Part shown: in pieces, positions 1-9,957 of the stretch
Position numbering within the stretch: position 1 is the first letter of the stretch
How the letters are laid out: each line of letters starts with the position of its first letter
Source: Bacillota bacterium
Lineage (GTDB): Bacteria > Bacillota > Sulfobacillia > UBA8153
Length of the DNA: 64,000 bases
Assembly (NCBI GenBank): GCA_040756655.1
Contig: JBFLYN010000002.1
Span: forward strand, 72,634-136,633
Reading direction: 5' to 3'
Translations under genes and position numbers: made by a program
Notes under the pieces: generated by a model
What the model saw: the letters and a program-made list of their open reading frames with translations, nothing else
The model's database searches: none
Told to the model about the DNA's origin: nothing

Positions 1-193
1 GGGTCTTCACTCTCCCGCCCAGCACCTCGGGGAACCCGGTAAGCTGGGATACGCTGGTCACCGGCAAACCGGCCTGGGCCAGGGTCTGGGCTGTTCCTCC
101 CGTGGACACGATGCTGTAGCCCAGGGTTACCAGTCCCCGGGCGAAGTCTACCACCCCGGTCTTATCCGACACGCTGATGAGCGCCTTCTTCAC
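1..193 (-). CDS. purH: Bifunctional AICAR transformylase/IMP cyclohydrolase, 5' part (runs off window)
   Basis: Manual translation from GTG at 193: [38 protein letters not shown]...[12 protein letters not shown], the PurH N-terminus; AGGAGG SD upstream. Confidence 0.95.
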   Translation of the reverse strand, partial: MKKALISVSDKTGVVDFARGLVTLGYSIVSTGGTAQTLAQAGLPVTSVSQLTGFPEVLGGRVKT

Positions 194-205
194 GGGCGCC
201 ACCTC

Positions 206-1225
206 CTAAACATACTGGACCCCCGGGGCTCCCGGGACAACCTCGCCCAGTTTCCACGCCGAAAGCCCGCGCCGGGCAGCCAGGGCAACGCACCGGTCGG
301 CTGCCCCGGGTGGTACCACCAGGATCATGCCTACGCCCATGTTAAATACCCGGTACATCTCGCCAGTCTCCACCTGCCCCACCCGGGCGATGAGGTCAAA
401 CACCGGGGGCACCTGCCAGGTAGACCGGTCCACCAGGGCTGATGAGCCCGGCGGGAGCACGCGCGGCAGGTTTTCCGTGATGCCTCCACCCGTAATGTGA
501 GCTACTCCCAGGAGCGGGACCTCCCTCCCCAGCTCCAGGAGGTCAAGGGCATAGATGCGGGTAGGTTCCAGGAGTTCCTCGCCCAGGGTCCGGCCCAGAT
601 CATCCACGTAGTCTGTAGCAGCAAAGTGGCCCGAATCCAAGAGGACTCGCCGGACCAGGCTATAGCCGTTGGAATGGAGCCCGGATGAGCCCAGGGCCAC
701 CAGGGCATCACCCGGGCGGATGCCGGAGCCGTCGATGATGCGGGAGCGCTCCACTACTCCCACGCAGAATCCAGCCAAGTCGTAATGATCGTCCTGGTAG
801 ATGCCGGGCATCTGGGCAGTCTCGCCGCCGATGAGGGCGCACCCGGCCCGGCGGCAGCCTTCCGCCACGCCCGACACGATCTCTTCCACGCGCCGGGAGT
901 CAAGTTTGCCCACCGCCAGGTAGTCCAGGAAAAACAACGGCTCGGCCCCGGATACGGCCACATCGTCGGCGTTCATGGCCACGCAGTCGATGCCCACCGT
1001 ATCGTGCTTGTCCAAAACGAAGGCTACCATGAGCTTGGTACCTACCCCGTCGGCGCCAGCCACCATTACCGGCTCCCGGTACCCGGCGGGCACCTGGAAG
1101 AACGCCCCGAAGCCGCCGATGTCGCCCAGGACCCCAGGCCGGAAAGTGGCCCTGGTCACCGCCTGCAGCTTCTTTACCGTCTTCTGGGCCCCGTCAATAT
1201 CAACGCCCGCATCCCGGTACTTCAC
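206..1225 (-). CDS. purM: Phosphoribosylformylglycinamidine cyclo-ligase (AIR synthetase)
   Basis: YRDAGVDID, DGVGTK, GGETAQMPG, SSGLHSNGYSL motifs; GTG start at 1225 after GGAGG. Confidence 0.97.
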   Translation of the reverse strand: MKYRDAGVDIDGAQKTVKKLQAVTRATFRPGVLGDIGGFGAFFQVPAGYREPVMVAGADGVGTKLMVAFVLDKHDTVGIDCVAMNADDVAVSGAEPLFFLDYLAVGKLDSRRVEEIVSGVAEGCRRAGCALIGGETAQMPGIYQDDHYDLAGFCVGVVERSRIIDGSGIRPGDALVALGSSGLHSNGYSLVRRVLLDSGHFAATDYVDDLGRTLGEELLEPTRIYALDLLELGREVPLLGVAHITGGGITENLPRVLPPGSSALVDRSTWQVPPVFDLIARVGQVETGEMYRVFNMGVGMILVVPPGAADRCVALAARRGLSAWKLGEVVPGAPGVQYV

Positions 1226-2648
1226 CCGGCAGCACCTCCAGGCAGCTCTTTCCCGTACCCCGGGGGATTTCCACCGGGTACTTCCCGTCAAAACACGCAG
1301 TACAATACTCTGACGAACCCAGGGCCGAAAACAGCTGCTGGTTGGTCAGGTAGAAGAGGGAGTCTGCCTCAACTGAGGACCGGATCTCTTCCAGGCTCTT
1401 GGTGGCGGCCACCAGCTCAGATGGAGCGGAAGTGTCGATGCCGTAAAAACAGGGAAAGCGGTAGGGGGGCGACGATATGCGCAAGTGAACCTCCCGGGCC
1501 CCGGCCTCTTTGAGCAGCCGTACTATGTGCCGGGAGGTAGTACCCCTCACTATGGAGTCATCTACCAGCACTACGCGCTTTCCGTCCACCAGCCTCCGCA
1601 TGGGATTGAGCTTCACCCGCACGGCGAAGTCGCGCTGCGCCTGGCTGGGCTGGATGAAAGTGCGGCCGATGTAGCGGTTCTTGATGAGTCCCATCTCATA
1701 GGGCAAGCCGGAGAACTCGGCATAGCCCGCAGCCGCCGACACGCTGGAATCGGGCACGCCAGTAACCAGGTCCGCCTCCACCGGGTAAGCTTCGGCCAGC
1801 TTCCGGCCCAAGGCCTTGCGCACCGCGTGGACGTTGGTGCCGTTGAACTGTGAATCGGGCCGGGCGAAGTATATGTGCTCAAAAACACACAGGCTGGGAA
1901 CTGAAGGTTCTAATGCCTGGAAAGACCTCAGGCCGTACCGGTCGACCATCACCAGTTCGCCGGGGGCCACTTCCCGCTGGAATCCGGCCCCCACCGCATC
2001 CAGGGCGCAGGTTTCCGACGCCAGGATATAGCCAGAGTCCAGTTTGCCCAGGACCAGGGGACGGATGCCGTTAGGGTCGCGGATCCCAGCCATGACCTCG
2101 GGTGTTAGGAACACAAAAGCGTAAGCACCCTTCACCTGCTGGAAACTCGCCTGGATACTGTGGTCCAGCGACTCCCGGGACCGCTGCGCCACCAGGTGTG
2201 CCACGACCTCCGTATCCAGAGTGGTCTGGAAGATACTCCCTCCCTCTTCCAGCTGGGCTCTAAGGTAGTGGGCGTTGACCAGGTTGCCATTGTGAGCCAG
2301 CGCCAGCTGGCCCTGGCGGTACCTGAACACCAGCGGTTGCACGTTCTCCGGACAGCTGGATCCGGTGGTGGAATACCGGACATGGCCGATGGCGGCACGT
2401 CCTTCCAGGCTGTCCGGGACTCCACCGTCAAACACGTCAGAAAGCAGGCCCATGCCGCGGACATAGCTGATGGTACGGCCGGACACCGCCGCTATGCCGG
2501 CTGACTCCTGGCCCCGGTGCTGCAGGGCGTAGAGGCCGTACAGGCTGAGCTTGGCAGCTTCGGGAAGCCCCCAAACACCAAACACTCCGCAAGCCTCCTT
2601 GAGGATATCGCCTTCTAGGCCATGTGACACGCTATGGCCTCCTCCCAT
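1200..2648 (-). CDS. purF: Amidophosphoribosyltransferase
   Basis: Propeptide + CGVFG, QHRGQESAG, VDDSIVRGTTS PRPP loop, Fe-S cysteines (CFYGID, CTACF); exact start uncertain (GTG near 2627 likely). Confidence 0.97.
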   Translation of the reverse strand: MGGGHSVSHGLEGDILKEACGVFGVWGLPEAAKLSLYGLYALQHRGQESAGIAAVSGRTISYVRGMGLLSDVFDGGVPDSLEGRAAIGHVRYSTTGSSCPENVQPLVFRYRQGQLALAHNGNLVNAHYLRAQLEEGGSIFQTTLDTEVVAHLVAQRSRESLDHSIQASFQQVKGAYAFVFLTPEVMAGIRDPNGIRPLVLGKLDSGYILASETCALDAVGAGFQREVAPGELVMVDRYGLRSFQALEPSVPSLCVFEHIYFARPDSQFNGTNVHAVRKALGRKLAEAYPVEADLVTGVPDSSVSAAAGYAEFSGLPYEMGLIKNRYIGRTFIQPSQAQRDFAVRVKLNPMRRLVDGKRVVLVDDSIVRGTTSRHIVRLLKEAGAREVHLRISSPPYRFPCFYGIDTSAPSELVAATKSLEEIRSSVEADSLFYLTNQQLFSALGSSEYCTACFDGKYPVEIPRGTGKSCLEVLPGEVPGCGR

Positions 2649-4849
2649 GGCCGGGCCAGTTGGCTGGTGGAAGACTCCACCACCACCCCGGCCGAAGGAA
2701 TCTCTATGCGGAAACTACCATCCCGGACTCGGCCCAGCACCCGGGCTGGCACCCGGTGGCGAGAGGCGATTTCCAGGACAGCCTCGACCTTTTCCTGGCT
2801 ACAAGAAATCAGCATACGCCCGTGGGATTCTCCAAAGAGCGCCAGGTCCGGGCGCGGCTCTTCCAGCCGGAGGTCGACCCCGCCGGCTCCCGGCCCGGCC
2901 AAGAAGCAACTCTCGGCCACCGCCACCGCCAGCCCGCCGTCGGACACATCGTGGGCCGAGGCCAACAGCCCGCCGGACGCCATGTCCAGGCAAGCTTCGT
3001 GTAAAGCCCGTTCTGCATCCAGGTCCACGGTGGGCGGGGGTCCGGCCAGGCGGCCATGGACGGCCACCAGGTACTCGGAGCCTCCCAGGGTCCCTCCTTC
3101 CGGCCCCAGCAAGATCACGGCGTCGCCCGCAGCGCGGAAACCAGCCTTGACCCGCTTAGATAGGTCCTCGAGCACGCCCACCATGCCCACCACCGGGGTG
3201 GGATATACCGGGTGGCCGTCGGTTTCGTTATAAAAGCTCACGTTACCCCCGGTCACCGGGGTGTGCAGCGCCCGGCAGGCATCGCCCATGCCCCGGACGG
3301 CCTCTTTAAATTGCCAGAAGATCCCGGGCTTTTCCGGGTTACCGAAGTTGAGGCAATTGGTGATGGCCACCGGGCGGGCCCCGCTGGCCACTACGTTGCG
3401 GGCGGCTTCGGCCACCGCGGCCGCCCCGCCGGTGTAAGGATCGAGGTAGGTGTGGCGGCCGTTGCCGTCGGTGGCCACGGCAATGCCCAGGGGGGTACCT
3501 TTGACTCGTAACACGCAGGCGTCGGAACCGGGAGGTTCCACTGTGTCGGTGCGCACCATGTGGTCGTATTGCCGCCAGATCCAGCGCTTCGACGCGATAT
3601 TGGGTGAGCCCAGGAGGGCCTGGAGGGCACCGAGATACCCGGCGGGCGGTGGCCCGGGGTCGAGGTTGCCCGGGGAGTTGACCGTATCCACGTAGGCCGG
3701 ACGGGTGGCGACCGGGTCGTACATGGGCGCACCGTCGGCCAGCGCCCGGGCCGGGATCTCGGCCACTACCTCACGGCCGTCACGCACCCGGAACACACCG
3801 TCTGGAGTGACCTTGCCGATGGTGGCCACATTGAGCCCCCAGCGCCGGGCCAGCTCCTCTACCACCGGTTCTCTGCCTTGCTCCACTATGACCAGCATGC
3901 GCTCTTGGGACTCGGAGAGCATGATCTCGTAGGGCGTCATGCCTTCCTCCCGGAGCGGCACGCGACTTACGTCTATGTCGATCCCGGTCCCGGCCCGGGC
4001 GGCCGTTTCTGCACACGAGGAGGTAATGCCCGCGGCACCCATATCCTGGATGCCCACGACCACGCCGGTCTTGGTGAGTTCCAGGCAGGCTTCGATGAGA
4101 AGTTTTTCCACAAACGGGTCTCCCACCTGCACTGCCGGCCGCCGGTCCGGAGCGTCCTCTCCCAGCTCTTCCGAGGCGAAGGTGCACCCGTGGATACCGT
4201 CGCGTCCGGTGGAGTGGCCCAAGAGCATTACCGAGTTGCCCGGCCCGGCAGCCACCCCGCGGTGGATCTCATGCCGGTTCATGATCCCCACGCACATGAC
4301 GTTGCACAGCGGATTTTTCGCATACCCGTCATCAAAGTAGGTTTCGCCGCCTACCGTGGGCAAGCCCAGGCAATTGCCATACCCGGCGATGCCCGCCACC
4401 ACTCCGGCGAAGATCCGCCGGGGCCAGGCCTGGTCCAGGCGGCCAAAGCGTAAAGAGTCCAAAAGTGCAATGGGCCGGGCACCCATGGCCAGGATATCCC
4501 GGACGATGCCGCCGATGCCGGTGGCCGCTCCCTGGTAAGGTTCGATGGCTATGGGATGGTTGTGCGACTCAATCTTAAAGGTAAGGGCCAGCCCGTGGCC
4601 GATGTCGATTACTCCAGCGTTTTCCCCCGGCCCAACCAGCACCCGTTCTCCGCCAGTGGGCAGGGTCTTTAGGGCCCGGCGCGAGTGCTTGTACCCGCAG
4701 TGCTCGGACCAGAGCACTGAGAACATGCCCAGTTCAGTCCAGTTGGGGTCCCGCCCCAGGATGGCAGCAACCTCCTGGTATTCGTGGTCCTTTAAGCCCA
4801 GCTCGCGCCAGAGCCGGTTTTGGACAATATCTTCAACCCGCGGTTCCAG
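2615..4849 (-). CDS. purL: FGAM synthase subunit PurL
   Basis: [28 protein letters not shown]; the conserved [21 protein letters not shown] segment lies upstream of the ORF-track ATG, so the start is probably the CTG at 4849. Confidence 0.95.
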   Translation of the reverse strand: MEPRVEDIVQNRLWRELGLKDHEYQEVAAILGRDPNWTELGMFSVLWSEHCGYKHSRRALKTLPTGGERVLVGPGENAGVIDIGHGLALTFKIESHNHPIAIEPYQGAATGIGGIVRDILAMGARPIALLDSLRFGRLDQAWPRRIFAGVVAGIAGYGNCLGLPTVGGETYFDDGYAKNPLCNVMCVGIMNRHEIHRGVAAGPGNSVMLLGHSTGRDGIHGCTFASEELGEDAPDRRPAVQVGDPFVEKLLIEACLELTKTGVVVGIQDMGAAGITSSCAETAARAGTGIDIDVSRVPLREEGMTPYEIMLSESQERMLVIVEQGREPVVEELARRWGLNVATIGKVTPDGVFRVRDGREVVAEIPARALADGAPMYDPVATRPAYVDTVNSPGNLDPGPPPAGYLGALQALLGSPNIASKRWIWRQYDHMVRTDTVEPPGSDACVLRVKGTPLGIAVATDGNGRHTYLDPYTGGAAAVAEAARNVVASGARPVAITNCLNFGNPEKPGIFWQFKEAVRGMGDACRALHTPVTGGNVSFYNETDGHPVYPTPVVGMVGVLEDLSKRVKAGFRAAGDAVILLGPEGGTLGGSEYLVAVHGRLAGPPPTVDLDAERALHEACLDMASGGLLASAHDVSDGGLAVAVAESCFLAGPGAGGVDLRLEEPRPDLALFGESHGRMLISCSQEKVEAVLEIASRHRVPARVLGRVRDGSFRIEIPSAGVVVESSTSQLARPWEEAIACHMA

Positions 4850-5552
4850 GAGTCACACCTCCCCGGCAAAGGTAGTCCACGGCAGAAAGAAAGATCAGGC
4901 GCCCGTTGGTCTCGCCCAGCGCTTCTGAACAGCACCGCTCCGGGTGGGGCATCATCCCCAGCACGTTTCCTTGCTCACTGACGATGCCGGCGACGTTGTT
5001 CAAGGAACCGTTGGGGTTGGCGGCCGGGCTCGCGTTGCCGCGCTCGTCGCAATACCGGAACACCACGCGTCCAGTTTCCTCCAGCCGGCGTAGGGTCTTT
5101 GGGTCGGCGTAGTAGTTGCCCTCGCCGTGGGCGATGGGCATGCGCAGCACCTGGCCGGGCGTGCAGCGACCGGTAAAAGGCGTGGCAGTGTTTTCCACCC
5201 GCAGGTGGGTCCACTGGCACCTAAACTGCAGGCTGTCGTTGCTCAGCATGGCCCCGGGCAAAAGCCCGGCCTCCAGCAGGATCTGGAACCCGTTGCAGAT
5301 GCCCAGCACCAGCCCGCCCCGGGCCGCAAACCCAGCTACTTCTTCCATGATGGGAGAAAACCTGGCCATGGCCCCGGTGCGCAGGTAGTCGCCGTAGGAG
5401 AAACCGCCGGGCAGTATGATGACATCGAATCTGCCAAGGCTCCTGGTGCCGTGCCAGACGTATTCCACCTCCTGCTCGCAGTCATCCCTGAGTGCGAAAT
5501 ACGCATCGGAATCGCAGTTGGAACCCGGGAACACCACCACTGCGAACTTCAC
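4833..5552 (-). CDS. purQ: FGAM synthase glutaminase subunit
   Basis: [31 protein letters not shown]; GTG start overlaps purS stop. Confidence 0.97.
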   Translation of the reverse strand: MKFAVVVFPGSNCDSDAYFALRDDCEQEVEYVWHGTRSLGRFDVIILPGGFSYGDYLRTGAMARFSPIMEEVAGFAARGGLVLGICNGFQILLEAGLLPGAMLSNDSLQFRCQWTHLRVENTATPFTGRCTPGQVLRMPIAHGEGNYYADPKTLRRLEETGRVVFRYCDERGNASPAANPNGSLNNVAGIVSEQGNVLGMMPHPERCCSEALGETNGRLIFLSAVDYLCRGGVTPGTAG

Positions 5553-5812
5553 CGGCCGGTCTCCCCCCCTTGCAGCGTGAAGCTGTATTCTTCGATGACC
5601 GGGTTGGAGAGCAGCCGGTGGCACATTTCGTCCACTAGCCGGACGGCTTCATCCCGGTCGCCAGCATCCAGCACCAGTTCCAGGTGTTTCCCCACCCGCA
5701 CGGCTTCCACGCCTGCATACCCCATGGCGGCCAGTGATTTGCGTACGGCTTCGCCCTGGGGGTCCAGCACCGTGCGTTTGAGCATGACCCGGATGGTGAC
5801 AACATACTTCAC
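5549..5812 (-). CDS. purS: FGAM synthase subunit PurS
   Basis: [21 protein letters not shown] motifs; position between purC and purQ. Confidence 0.96.
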   Translation of the reverse strand: MKYVVTIRVMLKRTVLDPQGEAVRKSLAAMGYAGVEAVRVGKHLELVLDAGDRDEAVRLVDEMCHRLLSNPVIEEYSFTLQGGETGR

Positions 5813-5816
5813 GGCC

Positions 5817-6533
5817 CTACCTCCCCTGCTTCATGAGCCGGGCATAGACTTCCCGGTATGCCTCCTCCACCCCGCCCATATCCCGGCGGAAACGGTCCTT
5901 GTCCAGCTTTTCCCGGGTGGAAACGTCCCAAAAACGGCAAGTGTCCGGGGAGATCTCGTCACCCAGCACCACCCGGTCCTTATAGCGGCCAAATTCGAGC
6001 TTGAAGTCCACCAGTTCCAGGCCGGCCTCGCGCAGGACCGGCCTCAAGCAAGCGTTAACCCTGCGGGCCTGGGCCCGCAGCTCCTCCAGTTCGGCCCCGG
6101 TGACCAGCCCCAGCACCCGGGCGTGGTCGTCGTTGATGAGGGGGTCGCCCAGGCTGTCGTCCTTGTAGTAGAACTCCACCACGGGTTCGGGCATGGCGGT
6201 TCCTTCTTCCAGTCCCAGTCGCTTGCAGAGACTCCCGGCGGCGATGTTCCTGACTACCACTTCCACCATGATGATCTCCAGGGGGATAACCGCCATTTCG
6301 TGGCCGCTGAGGGTGCCGCGATAGTGGGTGGGGATGCCGGCTTCCTCAAGGCGAGTGAAAAGGTAGGCGGAGATGAGGTTGTTCAGCTCACCCTTGCCCG
6401 GGATGATCCCTCTTTTCTTGCCGTCGAAGGCCGTGGCCGTGTCCTTGTACTCGATGATGAGACGGTCCGGATCGCTGGTAGCGTAGACGATTTTCGCCTT
6501 GCCCTCGTGGAGTTTTTCTCCCTTGAGCATCAC
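5817..6533 (-). CDS. purC: SAICAR synthetase
   Basis: EGKAK, VVVRNIAAGS, DFKLEFG, DEISPDTCRFWD, LDKDRFR. Confidence 0.97.
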   Translation of the reverse strand: MMLKGEKLHEGKAKIVYATSDPDRLIIEYKDTATAFDGKKRGIIPGKGELNNLISAYLFTRLEEAGIPTHYRGTLSGHEMAVIPLEIIMVEVVVRNIAAGSLCKRLGLEEGTAMPEPVVEFYYKDDSLGDPLINDDHARVLGLVTGAELEELRAQARRVNACLRPVLREAGLELVDFKLEFGRYKDRVVLGDEISPDTCRFWDVSTREKLDKDRFRRDMGGVEEAYREVYARLMKQGR

Positions 6534-7822
6534 AGTCCCAGCCTCCCATAGACAGTGTCAATGTGTTCCAGCTGCCGCCAGGGGTCAAAACAGGCCTCCA
6601 AGACCGCATTGTCCAACCGTGAGGTGATGCGTGGATCCTGCCGTACCAGGTCCGCAAATACGCCCTCGCCGCGCCAGCCTTTCATGGCCAGTTCCTGAAC
6701 AACGGCATAGGCCTCTTCCCGGCTAAGCCCACTGGCGACCAGTGCCAGGAGGACTTGCTGGGAGTAGATGAGGCCGCCGGTGCAGTTGAGGTTTTTCAGC
6801 ATGTTCTCCGGGTAGACCTGGAGCCGCCGGACGATGCCGCAAAAGCGGCGGACCATGTAGTGCACCAAGGTGGTGCTGCCGGGTATGATCACCCGCTCAG
6901 CCGACGAATTGGAGATGTCTCGCTCGTTCCAAAGCACCATGTTCTCCAGGGCCACCCCGGCGTTGGCCCGCACTAGCCGGGCCAGGCCGGACATTTGCTC
7001 GCACCCCACCGGGTTGCGCTTGTGGGGCATGGCCGAAGAGCCTTTCTGTCCCGCGCTGAACGGTTCTTCCAGCTCCAGGATTTCCGTGCGTTGTAGTGAG
7101 CGGATCTCAGTGGCGAACTTTTCGATGGATGTGGCCGTGATGGCCAGGGCCGAAAGGTACTCGGCATGCCGGTCTCGCTGGAGGATCTGGGTAGACAGAG
7201 GAGCAGGCGTAAGCCCCAGACGCTGGCACACAAAGACCTCCACCCGGGGGTCCACGTGGGCATAGGTGCCCACGGCTCCCGATAGCTTCCCGTAGGAGAT
7301 GCCGTCCCGGGCCCGGGATAGCCGCTCGATGTCCCGGAGGATCTCGGCATACCACAGGGCAAACTTCAGCCCCAGGGTAATGGGTTCGGCATGCACGCCG
7401 TGGGTCCGTCCCACCATTAGGGTGCGCTTGTGCTGCCGGGCCATGTGGGCCACCACACCCGCCAGTTCGTATAGGGCCTCGATGATGAGCCCGGCCGCTT
7501 CCCGCATAAGGGAGGAAAGGGCCGTATCGACTACATCGTACGAGGTGAGCCCGTAATGTAGGTAGCGGCCGGGTTCGCCCGCTGTCTCCGCCACGGCTGT
7601 GACAAAGGCGATGACGTCGTGCTTGACCTCAGCCTCAATCGCCTCGATCCTCGAGACATCCACCCGGCAACGTTCCCGCAGTTGAACAACGGCTTCTCCC
7701 GGTATGACGCCCAGCTGGGCCCAGGCCTCACAGGACAAAAGCTCTACTTCCAGCCACCGCTGGTAGCGGTTTTGGTCGCTCCAGAGCTTCTGCATCTGGG
7801 GAGTGGTGTAGCGGGAGATCAT
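6530..7822 (-). CDS. purB: Adenylosuccinate lyase
   Basis: MISRY, GRTHGVHAEP, GSSAMPHKRNP signature. Confidence 0.97.
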   Translation of the reverse strand: MISRYTTPQMQKLWSDQNRYQRWLEVELLSCEAWAQLGVIPGEAVVQLRERCRVDVSRIEAIEAEVKHDVIAFVTAVAETAGEPGRYLHYGLTSYDVVDTALSSLMREAAGLIIEALYELAGVVAHMARQHKRTLMVGRTHGVHAEPITLGLKFALWYAEILRDIERLSRARDGISYGKLSGAVGTYAHVDPRVEVFVCQRLGLTPAPLSTQILQRDRHAEYLSALAITATSIEKFATEIRSLQRTEILELEEPFSAGQKGSSAMPHKRNPVGCEQMSGLARLVRANAGVALENMVLWNERDISNSSAERVIIPGSTTLVHYMVRRFCGIVRRLQVYPENMLKNLNCTGGLIYSQQVLLALVASGLSREEAYAVVQELAMKGWRGEGVFADLVRQDPRITSRLDNAVLEACFDPWRQLEHIDTVYGRLGL

Positions 7823-8355
7823 CTCCCGCCACCCCGCTGGGACTCCAGGTATGCCCGGTATCCTATTTCCTCGCGCTTCTGGGCCCTGGCATTGACAGCT
7901 TGGCTTTGCTGGGCCCGAAAAGCCTCCAGCCGGCCCGCCACGTCCCGGTCATGAGAACCGATGATGGCGGCGGCCGGCAGCCCGGCGTTGCGGGCCCCGC
8001 CGATGGCCACGGTGGCCACCGGGATGCCCGGCGGCATCTGGACGATGGCATATGGCGTGTCCACGCCGTTTAGGGCTCCCGAGGTGAGCGGAACACCAAT
8101 GACCGGCAGGGTCGTGGCCAGCACCCCGGGCAGGTGCGCGGGCAGCCCGGCCCCGGCGATGATGACCTCCAGCCCGCGCTTGCGCGCCGTGGCCGCCCGT
8201 TCCAGTGCGCGGTCCGGGGTGCGATGGGCCGGGCACACCGTCAGTTCGAAGGCAATCTCCATCTCCTCCAGGGCCTGTGCTGCTCCCTGCATGACGGCGA
8301 GATCCGAATCTGACCCCATGATGATGCCCACTCGCGGCTTGGACAAGTATTTCAA
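7819..8355 (-). CDS. purE: N5-CAIR mutase/AIR carboxylase, open frame but with degenerate motifs (possibly non-functional)
   Basis: IIMGSDSD, AHRTP, AHLPG, LPVIGVP, IVQMPPGIPVATV; several conserved positions replaced by Pro plus a 2-aa deletion. Confidence 0.9.
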   Translation of the reverse strand: MKYLSKPRVGIIMGSDSDLAVMQGAAQALEEMEIAFELTVCPAHRTPDRALERAATARKRGLEVIIAGAGLPAHLPGVLATTLPVIGVPLTSGALNGVDTPYAIVQMPPGIPVATVAIGGARNAGLPAAAIIGSHDRDVAGRLEAFRAQQSQAVNARAQKREEIGYRAYLESQRGGGR

Positions 8356-8367
8356 CCCCTCTTTATG

Positions 8368-8400
8368 AAAAGTGCCGGGCAGGCACCATGCCCACCCGGC
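8368..8400 (-). terminator. Terminator-like hairpin between NCS2 permease and purE
   Basis: Minus strand GCCGGGTGGGCA-tgg-TGCCTGCCCGGC followed by ACTTTTC. Confidence 0.55.
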
Positions 8401-8410
8401 CTAGTATCTC

Positions 8411-9724
8411 TCACCCTAGGAACGCCAGTAGTTCCGGGAACAGGTGGGCCAGTGACACCACTGCCAGCGCATACACTAGTGGGTGCACTTCCTTGCCCCG
8501 GCCGGCCGCCAGCTTCACGATGGGGTAGAACACAAAGCCCGCCGCGATGCCGTGGGAGATGGAAAAGGTAAAGGGCATCACGACGATGGTCATGAAGGCG
8601 GGCAGGGCCTCGGTGAAGTCTTCAAAGTTGATGCCCGTGACGGCACCCATCATGAGAACGCCCACGATGATGAGAGCCGGAGCCGTGGCAGCGCCCGGGA
8701 CCATGGTGGCCAGCGGGGTAAAGAACAGGCTCAACAGGAACAGGATGCCCACTACCACCGCGGTGAGGCCGGTGCGGCCGCCTTCGGCGATACCCGCGGA
8801 CGATTCCACGTAGGTAGTGACCGTGCTGGTGCCCACGACGGCGCCGAACATGGTGCCGACAGCGTCCGCCGCCATGGCTTCCTTGACCCGGGGCAGGCGA
8901 CCCTTGGCATCCAGCATGCCCGTACGGGTGGCGGTGCCCATGAGCGTGCCCATGGTGTCGAAAATATCAACGAACAAAAACGAAAAGATCACCATGAATC
9001 CAAGGCTCAACGCCCCGCCGATGTCCATCTTGAACAGGATGGGTGACAGCGAGGCAGGTGCACCCACAATGCCTCCGCCCGTGTAGGTCACTCCCATGGG
9101 GATGCCGATGACGGTGGTAAGCAGGATGCCTATGAGCATGGCACCGCGAACCTTCACCACTTTGAAGACCATGAGGATGCAGGTGATGAGCAGGCCGATA
9201 ATGGCCAGTTTGGGCTCAGGCGCGCTCAGGTCGCCCAGCTGTACCAGGGTGGGCTCGAAGGCCTTGACGATGCCGGCGTTTTTCATACCGATGAGGGCGA
9301 TGAAAAGACCTATGCCCACGGCCACGGCTCGCTTGAGGCTGGTGGGCACTGCGGCATCGATGTGGGTAATGGCCCCGGTGATGGCCAGCACAAAGAAGGC
9401 AACGCCGGAAAGAAACACGGCACCCAGGGCGGCCTCCCAGCTGTCAGCCTTGGCGGCCACGTAGTAGGCAAAGAAGGCGTTAAGCCCCATGCCGCTGGCC
9501 AGAGCGAAGGGATGCTTGGCCCAAAGGCCCATGAGGATGGTGGACAGGGCCGCCGCCAGGATGGTGGCGGTAGTAACCGCGCCGCGGTCCATACCCGCAT
9601 CGGACAGGATGAGCGGGTTGACGAAAATAATGTAGGCCATGGTCATGAAAGTGGTGAGTCCGGCCAAAAGCTCGATCCGGACGTTGGTCTTGTGCTCTTT
9701 TAGTTTAAAGAGCTGTTCCAGCAT
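8411..9724 (-). CDS. NCS2/AzgA-family (PbuG-like) guanine/hypoxanthine permease
   Basis: ELLAGLTTFMTMAYIIFVNP, GMGLNAFF, FDTMGTL, TTYVESSAGIAEGGRTGLT. Confidence 0.93.
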   Translation of the reverse strand: MLEQLFKLKEHKTNVRIELLAGLTTFMTMAYIIFVNPLILSDAGMDRGAVTTATILAAALSTILMGLWAKHPFALASGMGLNAFFAYYVAAKADSWEAALGAVFLSGVAFFVLAITGAITHIDAAVPTSLKRAVAVGIGLFIALIGMKNAGIVKAFEPTLVQLGDLSAPEPKLAIIGLLITCILMVFKVVKVRGAMLIGILLTTVIGIPMGVTYTGGGIVGAPASLSPILFKMDIGGALSLGFMVIFSFLFVDIFDTMGTLMGTATRTGMLDAKGRLPRVKEAMAADAVGTMFGAVVGTSTVTTYVESSAGIAEGGRTGLTAVVVGILFLLSLFFTPLATMVPGAATAPALIIVGVLMMGAVTGINFEDFTEALPAFMTIVVMPFTFSISHGIAAGFVFYPIVKLAAGRGKEVHPLVYALAVVSLAHLFPELLAFLG

Positions 9725-9805
9725 TGACTCCTCTCCCCCCATAACCTAAAATGGCTCAACAGCACCGGAACGGTCTTCACCTCCAAATGCCTTGAGCCTA
9801 ACTCC

Positions 9806-9834
9806 ATAGTAGCAAAAGGGGACAAGCATGTCAA
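9806..9834 (-). promoter_or_regulatory. Sigma-A promoter of the permease-pur operon
   Basis: Minus strand TTGACA-17 nt-TACTAT, with TG at the extended -10 position. Confidence 0.85.
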
Positions 9835-9837
9835 CGC

Positions 9838-9883
9838 AAAAGGCGAATGTTTGGCGACTGCTGTTACTTAATATTCGTCCCTT
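9838..9883. promoter_or_regulatory. Inverted PurBox pair (Bacillota PurR operator)
   Basis: AAAAGGCGAATGTT ... AATATTCGTCCCTT; CGAAT-N24-ATTCG matches the GAAC-N24/25-GTTC spacing of B. subtilis PurR sites, immediately upstream of the -35. Confidence 0.75.
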
Positions 9884-9909
9884 GGCCAGAAATCCGCTGG
9901 TAAATTGGT

Positions 9910-9933
9910 TCAGGCCCGCTTGAGCGGGCCTGA
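9910..9933. terminator. Inverted repeat/terminator downstream of guaA
   Basis: TCAGGCCCGCT-tg-AGCGGGCCTGA perfect 11-bp arms. Confidence 0.65.
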
Positions 9934-9957
9934 TTTCCGAACGTGTGTCCTAGCTGC

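Noticed and set aside
5127-6551. 474-aa plus-strand ORF and many other long antisense ORFs
   Set aside because: Shadow frames of real high-GC genes (here purQ/S/C) with no recognisable motifs
9730-9805. Purine riboswitch ahead of the permease/pur operon
   Set aside because: Leader is too short and lacks the purine aptamer core
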